64,000 bases of DNA, taken from NCBI GenBank assembly GCA_963744905.1, contig CAVUUV010000003.1, positions 513,503 to 577,502 on the forward strand, written 5' to 3'. This document shows positions 43,147 through 51,333 of the stretch, piece after piece. The DNA comes from an uncultured Acidimicrobiia bacterium. Lineage in GTDB: Bacteria > Actinomycetota > Acidimicrobiia > Spongiisociales > ZC4RG35. Both the position numbers and the translations under genes were made by a program. Below the pieces are notes generated by a model. That model made no database searches, was not told where the DNA came from, and was given only the letters and a program-made list of their open reading frames with translations. How positions within the stretch are numbered: position 1 is the first letter of the stretch; the number at the start of each line of letters is the position of its first letter.

Positions 43147-44514
43147 CTAGCGGTACGACTCGCACGTGAGCCGGTATTCGCAGCCCCCGCACCAGGGACC
43201 GACGGAATATGGGGGCTGGAGCGGGTCTTCCCAATCCCAGCTGTGAGCCACAGACACCCGTTGGCGAAGTCGGTGATAGGCGGCGGACCGCTCCCCCGGT
43301 GAGACCATGACCACCTCACATTGGGGTGGATCCTGGCGCACGTAGTGACGGTGAATCACTATGGGCCGGTCCGGATCGATCCATCTCCCCATGCCAATGG
43401 TGTAGAGGTCGTCCTCGATCCCGGTCTCTCCGTACCCACCTGTCTTCAGCTCAACTGCTACCGGGGCCGCGGCAGCATCCCGGGCTGTTAGGTCGACGAA
43501 CCCGATCACGGTGACTCCGCGGGTCTCGGCCCGCTCCCCCTCGAGCAGTGTCGCCCCGATCGGGAACTCGGTGGCTCGCACGCTCAGGCCTTCCGACTCG
43601 AGCAGGCTCCTGTGTCGTTCCCACATTGTCTGCAGATCGGCCAACTCGGAGGGAGGAACGCCGCCCAGGAAGTCGGCGGCCGCTGCCTCGGGATCGTCGG
43701 CTTCTTCCGCCGCGGCCACCAGAGCGTGGAACAGTCTTCCCTGAGACAGAGGAGCAGCAGCCTCGACTTCGTCACCATCGTCCCGCGGGACCCCGTGCAC
43801 CCGGCGCCACGCCACTCGCCGCTGGCACCTCTCCACATCCTCGATGTCGGTCTTGGTAAGGCTGAGGGTACGGGCGTTGGTGGGCACCACGCGGTCGGCA
43901 GGGAAGGCCCCGCACAGTGCGCTTCGCTCGCACCACACGCAGGTCGGACCGGGTCGAACCCCGGAACGGTGGAGCACCGGAGCTTCCTCGACCAGGCAGT
44001 GGAGCCTTTGCTCCAGATCGGATGGTGGCGTGATCGGCTCCACTTCGCCCGGCCACGCCATCAGATCCGAGAAGCTCTCACCGTCGTCGGCCGATCGCCA
44101 CAGGACCGCGGCTTCATCGGATGTGGTCGAAGACCTCCCGGTCTTGAGGCGGATGTGCTCCATGGCGCCGTCGGGGTGCTCGAGGGACAAGGTGAGATAC
44201 ACACCGGTACTCACGCCCGCCTCCTCCGCATCGAAGGTGACGGTGCGCCCCTCCAGATCGGCCCGGACGTCGGGAGGAATGGGGAGGACCCGGAGTGCAT
44301 TGAGGAACATCCGTCGGATCAGGTCGCGTTCGAGGGGGCTGAGCGCCTCTAGATGGCGCCGACCGACTTCGTCGCGGTCCTGGTCGGGGTTGGACCAGGC
44401 GTCCACCAGCAAGTCGCGCAGGATCTTCCACCGATCCAGTGCCGCCCGGGGACGTTTGGTTCGCGAACGCCCCCCCGCCTCGGGACAGGGATGCCCCAGC
44501 TGAGAAAGCGACAT
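43147..44514 (-). CDS. PD-(D/E)XK nuclease superfamily protein with C-terminal Cas4/AddB-like Fe-S cysteine cluster
   Basis: Motifs GFVDLTARD...VELKTG (D...ELK) and C-terminal C...WCGGCEYRLTC (C-x2-C-x5-C), plus an upstream Cys. The ORF track extends it to 45126, but that part overlaps the GH15 gene; the ATG at 44514 is chosen. Confidence 0.55.
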   Translation of the reverse strand: MSLSQLGHPCPEAGGRSRTKRPRAALDRWKILRDLLVDAWSNPDQDRDEVGRRHLEALSPLERDLIRRMFLNALRVLPIPPDVRADLEGRTVTFDAEEAGVSTGVYLTLSLEHPDGAMEHIRLKTGRSSTTSDEAAVLWRSADDGESFSDLMAWPGEVEPITPPSDLEQRLHCLVEEAPVLHRSGVRPGPTCVWCERSALCGAFPADRVVPTNARTLSLTKTDIEDVERCQRRVAWRRVHGVPRDDGDEVEAAAPLSQGRLFHALVAAAEEADDPEAAAADFLGGVPPSELADLQTMWERHRSLLESEGLSVRATEFPIGATLLEGERAETRGVTVIGFVDLTARDAAAAPVAVELKTGGYGETGIEDDLYTIGMGRWIDPDRPIVIHRHYVRQDPPQCEVVMVSPGERSAAYHRLRQRVSVAHSWDWEDPLQPPYSVGPWCGGCEYRLTCESYR

Positions 44515-44667
44515 CTTGCGGAGATTGGCCGTCGGGCGAAACGTCACTGCGGCCCAAGGTAGCCGGGAAGACATCGACGATGGTGACATCGCACGACCAT
44601 CGCCCCCTCTAGCCTTGGGGGCTGCCACCCGAGGAAAGGGGCGCCAATAATCCGCCCAGATCGTTAT

Positions 44668-46458
44668 CTGCCCATCGAGGACTACGCCTTCCTGTCCGAC
44701 TGCCACTCGACCGCTCTGGTCAGCAAGGAGGGTTCCATCGATTGGGCATGCTCCCGCCGATTCGACCACGGCAGCGTTTTCGGGCGTCTTCTCGACTTCG
44801 ATCGAGGCGGCTACTTTTCCATCCGCCCCTCCGGCAACATAGAAGAAGTCTCCCGACGCTATCTCCCCTCGACCCTGGTTCTGGAAACCACCATGAAGAC
44901 CAGGACGGGAACCATCCGCCTGATCGACGCCTTCGCCATGCGCAGTGGAGGAGCCGCCAACCCGAGAGCACAACTGATGCGCCGGATCGAAGGGGTGCAG
45001 GGAGAAGTCGAGGTGACGGTGGACATCGAACCCCGATTCGAATACGGATCGGTGCAGCCCTGGCTTCGTGACCATGGGAACGGGACGTTCAGCGCCGTGG
45101 GTGGTGAGGATGCGCTCGTCATCCACACCGACATCGACCTGGCGTTGGACCGAGAGAGTTTCTCGTTGAGCGCCACCACAACGGTAGGAGAGGGGGAATC
45201 CAGGACGGTGACGGCGGTGTCACAACCCGCCCACCTGATCGACATCTCCCAGGCCGACGCGAGCGCAGTGGCCGAATACCTGCAAGAAACCGTCGAGTGG
45301 TGGGAACAGTGGTCAGAGGCCACCGACGTCTCGGGGCCTTTCTCGGACCTGCTGTCGAGATCGGCGGTAGTTCTGAAGGGACTGTGCTGTGCCCCCACCG
45401 GAGCCGTGATCGCTGCCCCCACCACCTCGCTCCCGGAGGTGGTGGGCGGATCCTGGAACTGGGATTATCGCTACTGCTGGATTCGGGATGCCACCCTCAC
45501 CCTCGAGGCCCTGAGCGAGGTGGGTCATCTCGAGGTGGCCCAGGGGTTTCGCGACTTCGTGATGAGGTCGTCGGCCGGGCACGGCCGGGAGCTGCAGGTG
45601 CTGTTCGGGCCCTATGGCGAGAGACGCCTGACCGAGGTCGAGCTCGACCTGGAAGGTTGGCGGGAATCGCGTCCGGTTCGCATCGGCAACCGGGCCGCCG
45701 GCCAGACCCAGCTCGACGTGTACGGGCACCTACTGGACGCGGCTCATCTCTGGCAGCGCCGCGATACCGCAATCGACCCGGACGAATGGCGCTTTCTGGC
45801 CACGGTCGTGGGTGAGGCGGTGAGACGCCGGGAGGAGCCGGATCAGGGTGTCTGGGAGCTTCGGGGAGCCCCCCGCCAGTACGTCCATTCCAAGGTGATG
45901 GTGTGGGTGGCAATCGATCGGGGCATCCGCATCGTGGAGGAGAACGACCTCGAAGATCCCGGAGTCGATCTTGGCTCGTGGCGCCGGGCTCGGGACGAGG
46001 TTCGTCACGCGGTGGAGACCCGCGGTATCGATCCGGACCGCGGCAACTTCGTCCAGCATTTCGGGGCGACGGAAGTGGACGCCAGCCTGCTCAAGCTACC
46101 CCTGGTGGGCTTCGTCGACGCCAACGACGAACGCATGATCACCACCGTCGACGCCATAAGGAAGGAACTCGCCGTGGAGCCGACCGGATTCCTGCGTCGC
46201 TACCGCAGCGACGACGAGGAAGGCGTGTTCCTGCTGTGCTCGTTCTGGCTGGTCGAGATCCTCGCCTTGCAGGGGAAGGTCGATGAGGCCCGAGAGCTGT
46301 TCGAGAGACTGACCTCGGTCGGAAACGACCTCGGCCTGTTCGCCGAAGAGTACGACGTGCCCCGGAGTGAACTGGTGGGCAACTTCCCCCAGGCCTACAC
46401 CCATCTTGGACTGATAGCAGCCGAGAAACGACTCCGAAAGGCGACGGCCAACGGATAG
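44668..46458 (+). CDS. Glycoside hydrolase family 15 (glucoamylase/trehalase-like) protein
   Basis: The conserved GH15 N-terminus (P)IEDYAFLSDCHSTALVSKEGSIDWACSRRFDHGSVFGRLLD lies in frame upstream of the first ATG at 44893. No ATG/GTG/TTG occurs between the upstream stop (44584) and this motif, so the start is assigned provisionally to CTG 44668. Confidence 0.6.
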   Translation: MPIEDYAFLSDCHSTALVSKEGSIDWACSRRFDHGSVFGRLLDFDRGGYFSIRPSGNIEEVSRRYLPSTLVLETTMKTRTGTIRLIDAFAMRSGGAANPRAQLMRRIEGVQGEVEVTVDIEPRFEYGSVQPWLRDHGNGTFSAVGGEDALVIHTDIDLALDRESFSLSATTTVGEGESRTVTAVSQPAHLIDISQADASAVAEYLQETVEWWEQWSEATDVSGPFSDLLSRSAVVLKGLCCAPTGAVIAAPTTSLPEVVGGSWNWDYRYCWIRDATLTLEALSEVGHLEVAQGFRDFVMRSSAGHGRELQVLFGPYGERRLTEVELDLEGWRESRPVRIGNRAAGQTQLDVYGHLLDAAHLWQRRDTAIDPDEWRFLATVVGEAVRRREEPDQGVWELRGAPRQYVHSKVMVWVAIDRGIRIVEENDLEDPGVDLGSWRRARDEVRHAVETRGIDPDRGNFVQHFGATEVDASLLKLPLVGFVDANDERMITTVDAIRKELAVEPTGFLRRYRSDDEEGVFLLCSFWLVEILALQGKVDEARELFERLTSVGNDLGLFAEEYDVPRSELVGNFPQAYTHLGLIAAEKRLRKATANG

Positions 46459-46570
46459 CCGTCCGTCACATAGGCCAAGCGACCCATGCGGTTACCGGCT
46501 TACCAACACGGGAATGATTAGTTTCGTACTCAGGGGGTAGATAAGTTAGCGACTGGCCCGAGGACAAGAC

Positions 46571-46915
46571 GTGCCGAGCGAGGAATTCATCGCCAAACCG
46601 GAATCGGTGGTTGCCGTGCGCACATTTGTCAGAGACTTCCTCGGTGAGGCACCATACGTCGACGACGTGACCTTGGTCGCATCGGAACTGGCCACGAATG
46701 TCGTCAACCACGCCCACACCGACTTCACGGTCGAGATCGCACAAAACACCCACGTCACGCTTACGGTTTCCGATGGCTCCTCCATCATCCCCGCCGTAGA
46801 GGACCTGACCTCCGACCAGCGTGGTCTCAAGATCGTGGAGCGGATCAGCTCGGAATGGGGTATCGAGACCACTCCGACCGGCAAGGCCATCTGGGCCAAG
46901 TTCCCAACACGTTGA
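46571..46915 (+). CDS. Anti-sigma regulatory factor-like ATP-binding protein (RsbW/SpoIIAB-type HATPase_c)
   Basis: GTG start. ...VRTFVRDFLGEAPYVDDVTLVASELATNVVNHA...GLKIVERISSEWG.... No anti-anti-sigma partner is adjacent. Confidence 0.55.
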   Translation: MPSEEFIAKPESVVAVRTFVRDFLGEAPYVDDVTLVASELATNVVNHAHTDFTVEIAQNTHVTLTVSDGSSIIPAVEDLTSDQRGLKIVERISSEWGIETTPTGKAIWAKFPTR

Positions 46916-46960
46916 GGCGCCACGGTCCGTCTCAAGGTTTTATTGGACGACAACCGTCAC

Positions 46961-47497
46961 TCAGCCCGGAGCCTCGGCCTTATCCACGGATTCCAGCCAC
47001 TCGAGGTGTTCGGTCTTCAGTGCCCGAATCGCCTCCAGCATGTCGGGAGCCTGCTTGGAGGCTGAGGCGGGATCGAAACGCCGCGCCACCTTCCCATGGC
47101 GATCTACGACGAACGTGACCCTGTGCACTGCACCGTCTGGATCGGCCACCCCGAACCGGCGAGCCATATCGCCCCCGGCGTCCGCCAGCAGGGGTAACGA
47201 CAGGTCCATCTCGTCCGAGAGATCGCGCGCCTGTCGGGCCGTGATCCTGGCAACTCCCATTACCTGGGAGGTTTCCTGGCCGAAGTCTTTCAGAAGCCGG
47301 TCGTACCCGGCAAGCAGCGACCTGTCGGTCTCGGACTCCGGGTCGGGCAGGAAGAAGATGACCATGGGCATCTTGCCCAGGTATGCGTCTCGATCGAGAG
47401 TCTGCCCGGTGCTGGCGGGCAGACTGAAGGGCGGGATCATTTCTCCGGTTTCAACACTCATCTCACCGGGTTCCCTACCCGGTCTCAGAATCGGCAA
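46961..47497 (-). CDS. Redoxin-fold (thioredoxin-like, AhpC/TSA-related) protein lacking the usual peroxidatic cysteine
   Basis: ...IPPFSLPASTGQTLDRDAYLGKMPMVIFFLPD... with no Cys in the active-site position. Confidence 0.5.
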   Translation of the reverse strand: MPILRPGREPGEMSVETGEMIPPFSLPASTGQTLDRDAYLGKMPMVIFFLPDPESETDRSLLAGYDRLLKDFGQETSQVMGVARITARQARDLSDEMDLSLPLLADAGGDMARRFGVADPDGAVHRVTFVVDRHGKVARRFDPASASKQAPDMLEAIRALKTEHLEWLESVDKAEAPG

Positions 47498-47540
47498 ACC
47501 GGACGGGTCGGCGCCGGGTCCTACGATCGGGTGAAGGACG

Positions 47541-48401
47541 ATGAGTCGGATCAGGATCGGGCTGTCGGGCTGGAGTTACGACGAATGGCGAGGAGACTTC
47601 TATCCAGAGGGATTGGCCAAGAGCAAGGAACTGGGCTTTGCGGCCGGTCGCTTCGACACCCTCGAGATCAACGGAACCTTCTACGGGTTGACCACTCCCC
47701 GCGCCTCTCGTAGCTGGTACGAGGCAGCTCCGTCCGACTTCCAGTACGCGGTCAAGGCCAGCCGCTACATCACCCACAACAAGAAGCTGGTCGATTGCGA
47801 TTCGGCAGTTGCCAACTTCTTCGCTTCGGGGATCCTCGAGCTGGATGACAAGCTGGGGCCGATCCTGTGGCAGCTACCCCCAACCCTGCACTTTCATCCG
47901 GCGAACGTGGACGAATTCCTCCAGCTGTTGCCGAAGGACACCTATGGGGCGGCCGGCCGGGCCCGCCACCATGATGATCGAGTCAAGTCGACCTCATTTG
48001 GCCCCGGCACCAACCATCGCCTTCGACACGTGCTCGAACTGCGGCACGAGAGCTTCTTCGTCCCCGAGATGGTGACCCTGGCCCACCGCCACGGCGTGGC
48101 CCTGGCCTTTTCCCATGCCTCCGATTTCCCCTTCACCGAACAGGTCACGGCCGGATTCGTCTACATCCGTCTTCACGGCCCGGGACAGGCCTACGCCAGC
48201 CCCTACGACGATGCCCAGATACGCCGTTGGGCAGACCGGGCCCGGACCTGGCATAAAGGGGAAGAGCCGTCCGACGCCGTCCGGATCAGCGACCGCCGCC
48301 CCCCGGCGCGGAAAGGGAGGGATGTCTACGTCTACTTCGACAACGACGTCGGTGGCCACGCCCCCCGCCAAGCGCGCCGGCTGCGTGAGCTGATCGAATA
48401 A
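47541..48401 (+). CDS. DUF72 (UPF0759) family protein
   Basis: MSRIRIGLSGWSYDEWRGDFYP...FDTLEINGTFYG...ILWQLPP... matches DUF72 motifs. Confidence 0.7.
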   Translation: MSRIRIGLSGWSYDEWRGDFYPEGLAKSKELGFAAGRFDTLEINGTFYGLTTPRASRSWYEAAPSDFQYAVKASRYITHNKKLVDCDSAVANFFASGILELDDKLGPILWQLPPTLHFHPANVDEFLQLLPKDTYGAAGRARHHDDRVKSTSFGPGTNHRLRHVLELRHESFFVPEMVTLAHRHGVALAFSHASDFPFTEQVTAGFVYIRLHGPGQAYASPYDDAQIRRWADRARTWHKGEEPSDAVRISDRRPPARKGRDVYVYFDNDVGGHAPRQARRLRELIE

Positions 48402-48464
48402 CCCGGGATCCGCCGGCTTCTTGGTGGGTGGTGCGATTCGTCCGAAGCGCCCGAATGGGCGAAT

Positions 48465-48740
48465 CTAGGAACGTGAGCCGCTGCGCAGAGCCTTGATCAG
48501 CTCCCGCTTGGACATCTTCGAGCGTCCTTCGATCCCGACGTCTTTGGCCTTGTCGTACAGCTCCTGCTTGGTCCACTCCTCGTACGAGCCCCCACGTTCC
48601 CGTCGTCGGGCTGCCTGCTTGGGGGGGGTATTGGCGATACGAGCCGCCTTCTCCTTGCTCATCCCCTCGCGACGAAGGGCTTCGTAGCGATCGGGATCCT
48701 TGACACTGGGGCCGGGCCCAGACTTCTTGGGCATTGACAA
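48465..48740 (-). CDS. Small basic protein with C-terminal Rho-N/SAP-like motif
   Basis: 91-aa Lys/Arg/Glu-rich protein. The C-terminal EGRSKMSKRELIKALR resembles the Rho termination factor N-terminal helix-turn-helix. Confidence 0.45.
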   Translation of the reverse strand: MSMPKKSGPGPSVKDPDRYEALRREGMSKEKAARIANTPPKQAARRRERGGSYEEWTKQELYDKAKDVGIEGRSKMSKRELIKALRSGSRS

Positions 48741-48892
48741 CCTCCTTCTTGAGTCGGCGGGATCTACCCGTCCTGTGTCAACTCAATCCAACCTTCGGAG
48801 TTGATCGGGCCTCGATGGGACTCGACTCCAGTAATCCTGTTTGACATTCTGGTGACAGGGGTAGAGCAGCGTCACGAGAAAAGGAGACTGTC

Positions 48893-49042
48893 ATCAACGC
48901 TGCCCTTATTATCCTGCTAATCGCTCTGCTCCTCGGCGGAGTCGGCTTGTTCGTCGAGGCTCTGCGCTGGGTCCTCATTATCGCACTGGTTCTGCTCGTT
49001 ATATCAGCCTTTACCGGTTATCGGAGCCGGCGCGTCGTCTGA
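48893..49042 (+). CDS. Possible about 50-aa two-TM peptide (UPF0391/DUF1328-like) with no canonical start codon
   Basis: VINAALIILLIALLLGGVGLFVEALRWVLIIALVLLVISAFTGYRSRRVV lies in an AT-richer island. An AAAGGAG Shine-Dalgarno sits 5-8 nt upstream of GTC/ATC codons, and no ATG/GTG/TTG is in frame. Confidence 0.3.
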   Translation: MNAALIILLIALLLGGVGLFVEALRWVLIIALVLLVISAFTGYRSRRVV

Positions 49043-49153
49043 CCCAACACAGCACAACCTGCCAAATACACCAACAAGCCCGGATCCGGCCGAAGATCTT
49101 CGACCGCTTTCCGGGCTTGTTGGCGCCCCACGAAGGACAACCGACGAACGCCT

Positions 49154-49621
49154 ATGTCTGAGAACGCCCACCACGACAGCTCCGAGGATCGACAACGCTA
49201 TGAGGAGCTGCTCTCCGAAATCCGGGTGATGTTGCCCGGGGTGGAGGTGCTGTTCGCCTTCCTCCTCACCTCGGTATTCTCGAGTCGCTTCGAGTTGGTG
49301 GATGACGTCGGACAGATCCTCTACCTGGTGGCATTGATCGCCGCAGCTCTGACCATTCTCCTTCTCACCGTTCCGGCATTTCTCCACAGGCTGTCGGCCG
49401 TCTCGAGGGAGACGAGAGTCAGCCTGGCTACCAACTTCCAGCTGATCGGCTCGATCTCGCTCGGGGTCAGCGTCTGTGCGGGTCTCTTCGTGGTCGTCAG
49501 ATTCGTCTTCAGCCAACCCTTCGCCATCTGGGTAACAGCATTCGTAGGCCTGGCCTGGGTCATTCTCTGGTACGTGATCCCTTTCGCGATGGGTCGTTCG
49601 CCAAACGGCACCAGGGCGTGA
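49154..49621 (+). CDS. DUF6328 family membrane protein
   Basis: ...RYEELLSEIRVMLPGVEVLFAFLLTSVFSSRF..., a family typical of actinobacteria, with three TM helices. Confidence 0.5.
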   Translation: MSENAHHDSSEDRQRYEELLSEIRVMLPGVEVLFAFLLTSVFSSRFELVDDVGQILYLVALIAAALTILLLTVPAFLHRLSAVSRETRVSLATNFQLIGSISLGVSVCAGLFVVVRFVFSQPFAIWVTAFVGLAWVILWYVIPFAMGRSPNGTRA

Positions 49622-49719
49622 CGGGGTTCTCTCTGCCGACGTTTGAAACGGGCGGGCAGCGGGTATCGGTGGGTCTATCACCAACCAATTCGGGTACCTG
49701 TGCCCAGGAAAGGAGCAAA

Positions 49720-49779
49720 ATGTACATCGGTATAGGCACGCTGATACTGATCATCCTCGTCGCTCTCCTTCTCTTCTGA
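49720..49779 (+). CDS. Candidate 19-aa hydrophobic micropeptide MYIGIGTLILIILVALLLF
   Basis: Strong Shine-Dalgarno GGAAAGGAG 6 nt upstream of the ATG. Entirely hydrophobic and located in an AT-richer island. Below ORF-track cut-offs. Confidence 0.3.
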   Translation: MYIGIGTLILIILVALLLF

Positions 49780-49831
49780 GCGGCGATCAGAGAATCGAGA
49801 AAGAGGATTATTGAAGGAATTTTGATTTGAT

Positions 49832-50461
49832 ATGACCAACAAGACCTACATCCATGGGGCCGAGGTAAGCACGGCTTCCGTCCGGGAGAGGTTCGGCGGG
49901 GTAGACACCCCGTCCGCCATCCTCGGCATGCTCACCGCATTGGGGGTCCTGGTGTTCCTCGGTGCATTGATAACGGCAGGGGCAGGAAACATGCCCTACC
50001 AGCTCAATGCCTACGACATCCAGGGCAACCTGCAGGCGCTGACCATCGGCGGAGTCGCCGTAGCGATCGTCGTGGTCTTCGTATCCTTCTTCGTCGGCGG
50101 TTGGTCCGCCGGCCGAATGGCCCGATACGACGGAGGAATCAACGGCATAGGCGTGGCGCTATGGGCCCTGCTCCTGGTGGCGATATTCGCTGCCCTCGGA
50201 GCCTGGGCGGGGAGCGAATACAACGCCTTCCAGCAGGTCGGCCTGCCCGACTGGTTCTCCCAGATCCGGGGAGACGACATCACCCTCATCGCAGTCATCT
50301 CGGCGGCGGTGGCGGTCGTCGTCATGTTCGTGGGCGCCTACCTAGGGGGGCGAATGGGCGAGCTGTATCACCGCAAGGCGGATGCCGCCCTGGCCGACCA
50401 GGTCATGGCGTCGGCCGTCACGAACCGGGGCCGGGCTCCTGTCAGCGAGGTGCAGTCATGA
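49832..50461 (+). CDS. Hypothetical membrane protein with an internally duplicated TM pair
   Basis: 209 aa. Two similar halves each contain GGWSAGRMA / GAYLGGRMG after paired TM helices. Confidence 0.5.
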   Translation: MTNKTYIHGAEVSTASVRERFGGVDTPSAILGMLTALGVLVFLGALITAGAGNMPYQLNAYDIQGNLQALTIGGVAVAIVVVFVSFFVGGWSAGRMARYDGGINGIGVALWALLLVAIFAALGAWAGSEYNAFQQVGLPDWFSQIRGDDITLIAVISAAVAVVVMFVGAYLGGRMGELYHRKADAALADQVMASAVTNRGRAPVSEVQS

Positions 50462-50823
50462 CACCCGCCGTGTTATCCAGCTCGACCCTGAAAGGTGACG
50501 ACATCGTCAACACCGCCGGGCACAAGCTCGGCACGCTCGAGGAGATCATGATCGACCTCACCAGCGGCGGGGTGGCGTACGCAGTCCTGGCCCGTGGCGG
50601 AATCGCGGGCATGGGACGCAAGCTCTTCGCCGTTCCCTGGCAGCTGATCAGCGTGGACGGCGACAACAAGCGCCTCGTCCTCGATGTCGAGGAGCGAGAG
50701 ATAGACGATGCCCCGGGATTCGATCCAGACAACTGGCCCACACTTGACGACGACTGGCATGGTGCCGTGCACCGCCACTACGGAGTCAGTCCGGGCTGGG
50801 ATCCGGCTCCGCCACTGACCTGA
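50458..50823 (+). CDS. PRC-barrel domain protein
   Basis: MTPAVLSSSTLKGDDIVNTAGHKLGTLEEIMIDLTSGGVAYAVLARGG...KLFAVPWQLI. ATGA overlap with the upstream membrane protein gene. Confidence 0.6.
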   Translation: MTPAVLSSSTLKGDDIVNTAGHKLGTLEEIMIDLTSGGVAYAVLARGGIAGMGRKLFAVPWQLISVDGDNKRLVLDVEEREIDDAPGFDPDNWPTLDDDWHGAVHRHYGVSPGWDPAPPLT

Positions 50824-50897
50824 GACGTCCCGGATCCACATATAGAGAGGGCCGGCCCATCTGGGCCGGCCCTCTCGTTCGATCGAAGCCTTCAGGC

Positions 50898-51089
50898 TCA
50901 CACGTCGAGACGATCCTTGATCTTCTCGGCACTCTCGCCGGTTCGCTCCTTGATCCGTCCCACGAGCTCGTCGTAGTTGCCCTCGGCAACGTCGAGGTCG
51001 TCGTCGGTCAGGTTGCCCCAGGCCTGCTTGGCACGGCCTTTGAGCTGGTCCCAGCGACCTTCCCACTTGGTCTGTTTGGCGTCGGTCAT
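50898..51089 (-). CDS. CsbD-family general stress protein
   Basis: MTDAKQTKWEGRWDQLKGRAKQAWGNLTDDDLDVAEGNYDELVGRIKERTGESAEKIKDRL. Confidence 0.6.
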   Translation of the reverse strand: MTDAKQTKWEGRWDQLKGRAKQAWGNLTDDDLDVAEGNYDELVGRIKERTGESAEKIKDRLDV

Positions 51090-51173
51090 GACACTCCTTC
51101 TGTGTCGCGTTCGACCCTGAACTACCCCGCTAGGTCCCGGTTCAAACCGCTCACAACCCCGGCCGGGCGTCGT

Positions 51174-51280
51174 TTCTTTGGACACTCACGAACGCTTCCC
51201 AGCTTCTTTGGACCGTGACTATCGCTATGCGTTCGCCACGGTCCAAAGAAGGGGAGGGGCGTTCCCCACGGTCCAAAGAA
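51174..51280. repeat. Palindromic repeat element, copy B (same architecture as 21620-21727)
   Basis: TTCTTTGGAC at 51174 and 51204; GTCCAAAGAA at 51241 and 51271; loop contains TCGCTATGCGTTC. Lies between the 3' end of qcrB and the CsbD gene. Confidence 0.6.
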
Positions 51281-51333
51281 AGGGGTGCAAGTAGCCCTCC
51301 CCCGACGTCCGGCGCGGGGAACGCCCCTCGGGG

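Noticed and set aside
43147-45126. 659-aa version of the PD-(D/E)XK nuclease
   Set aside because: The upstream 200 codons are antisense to the conserved GH15 N-terminus; start moved to ATG 44514.
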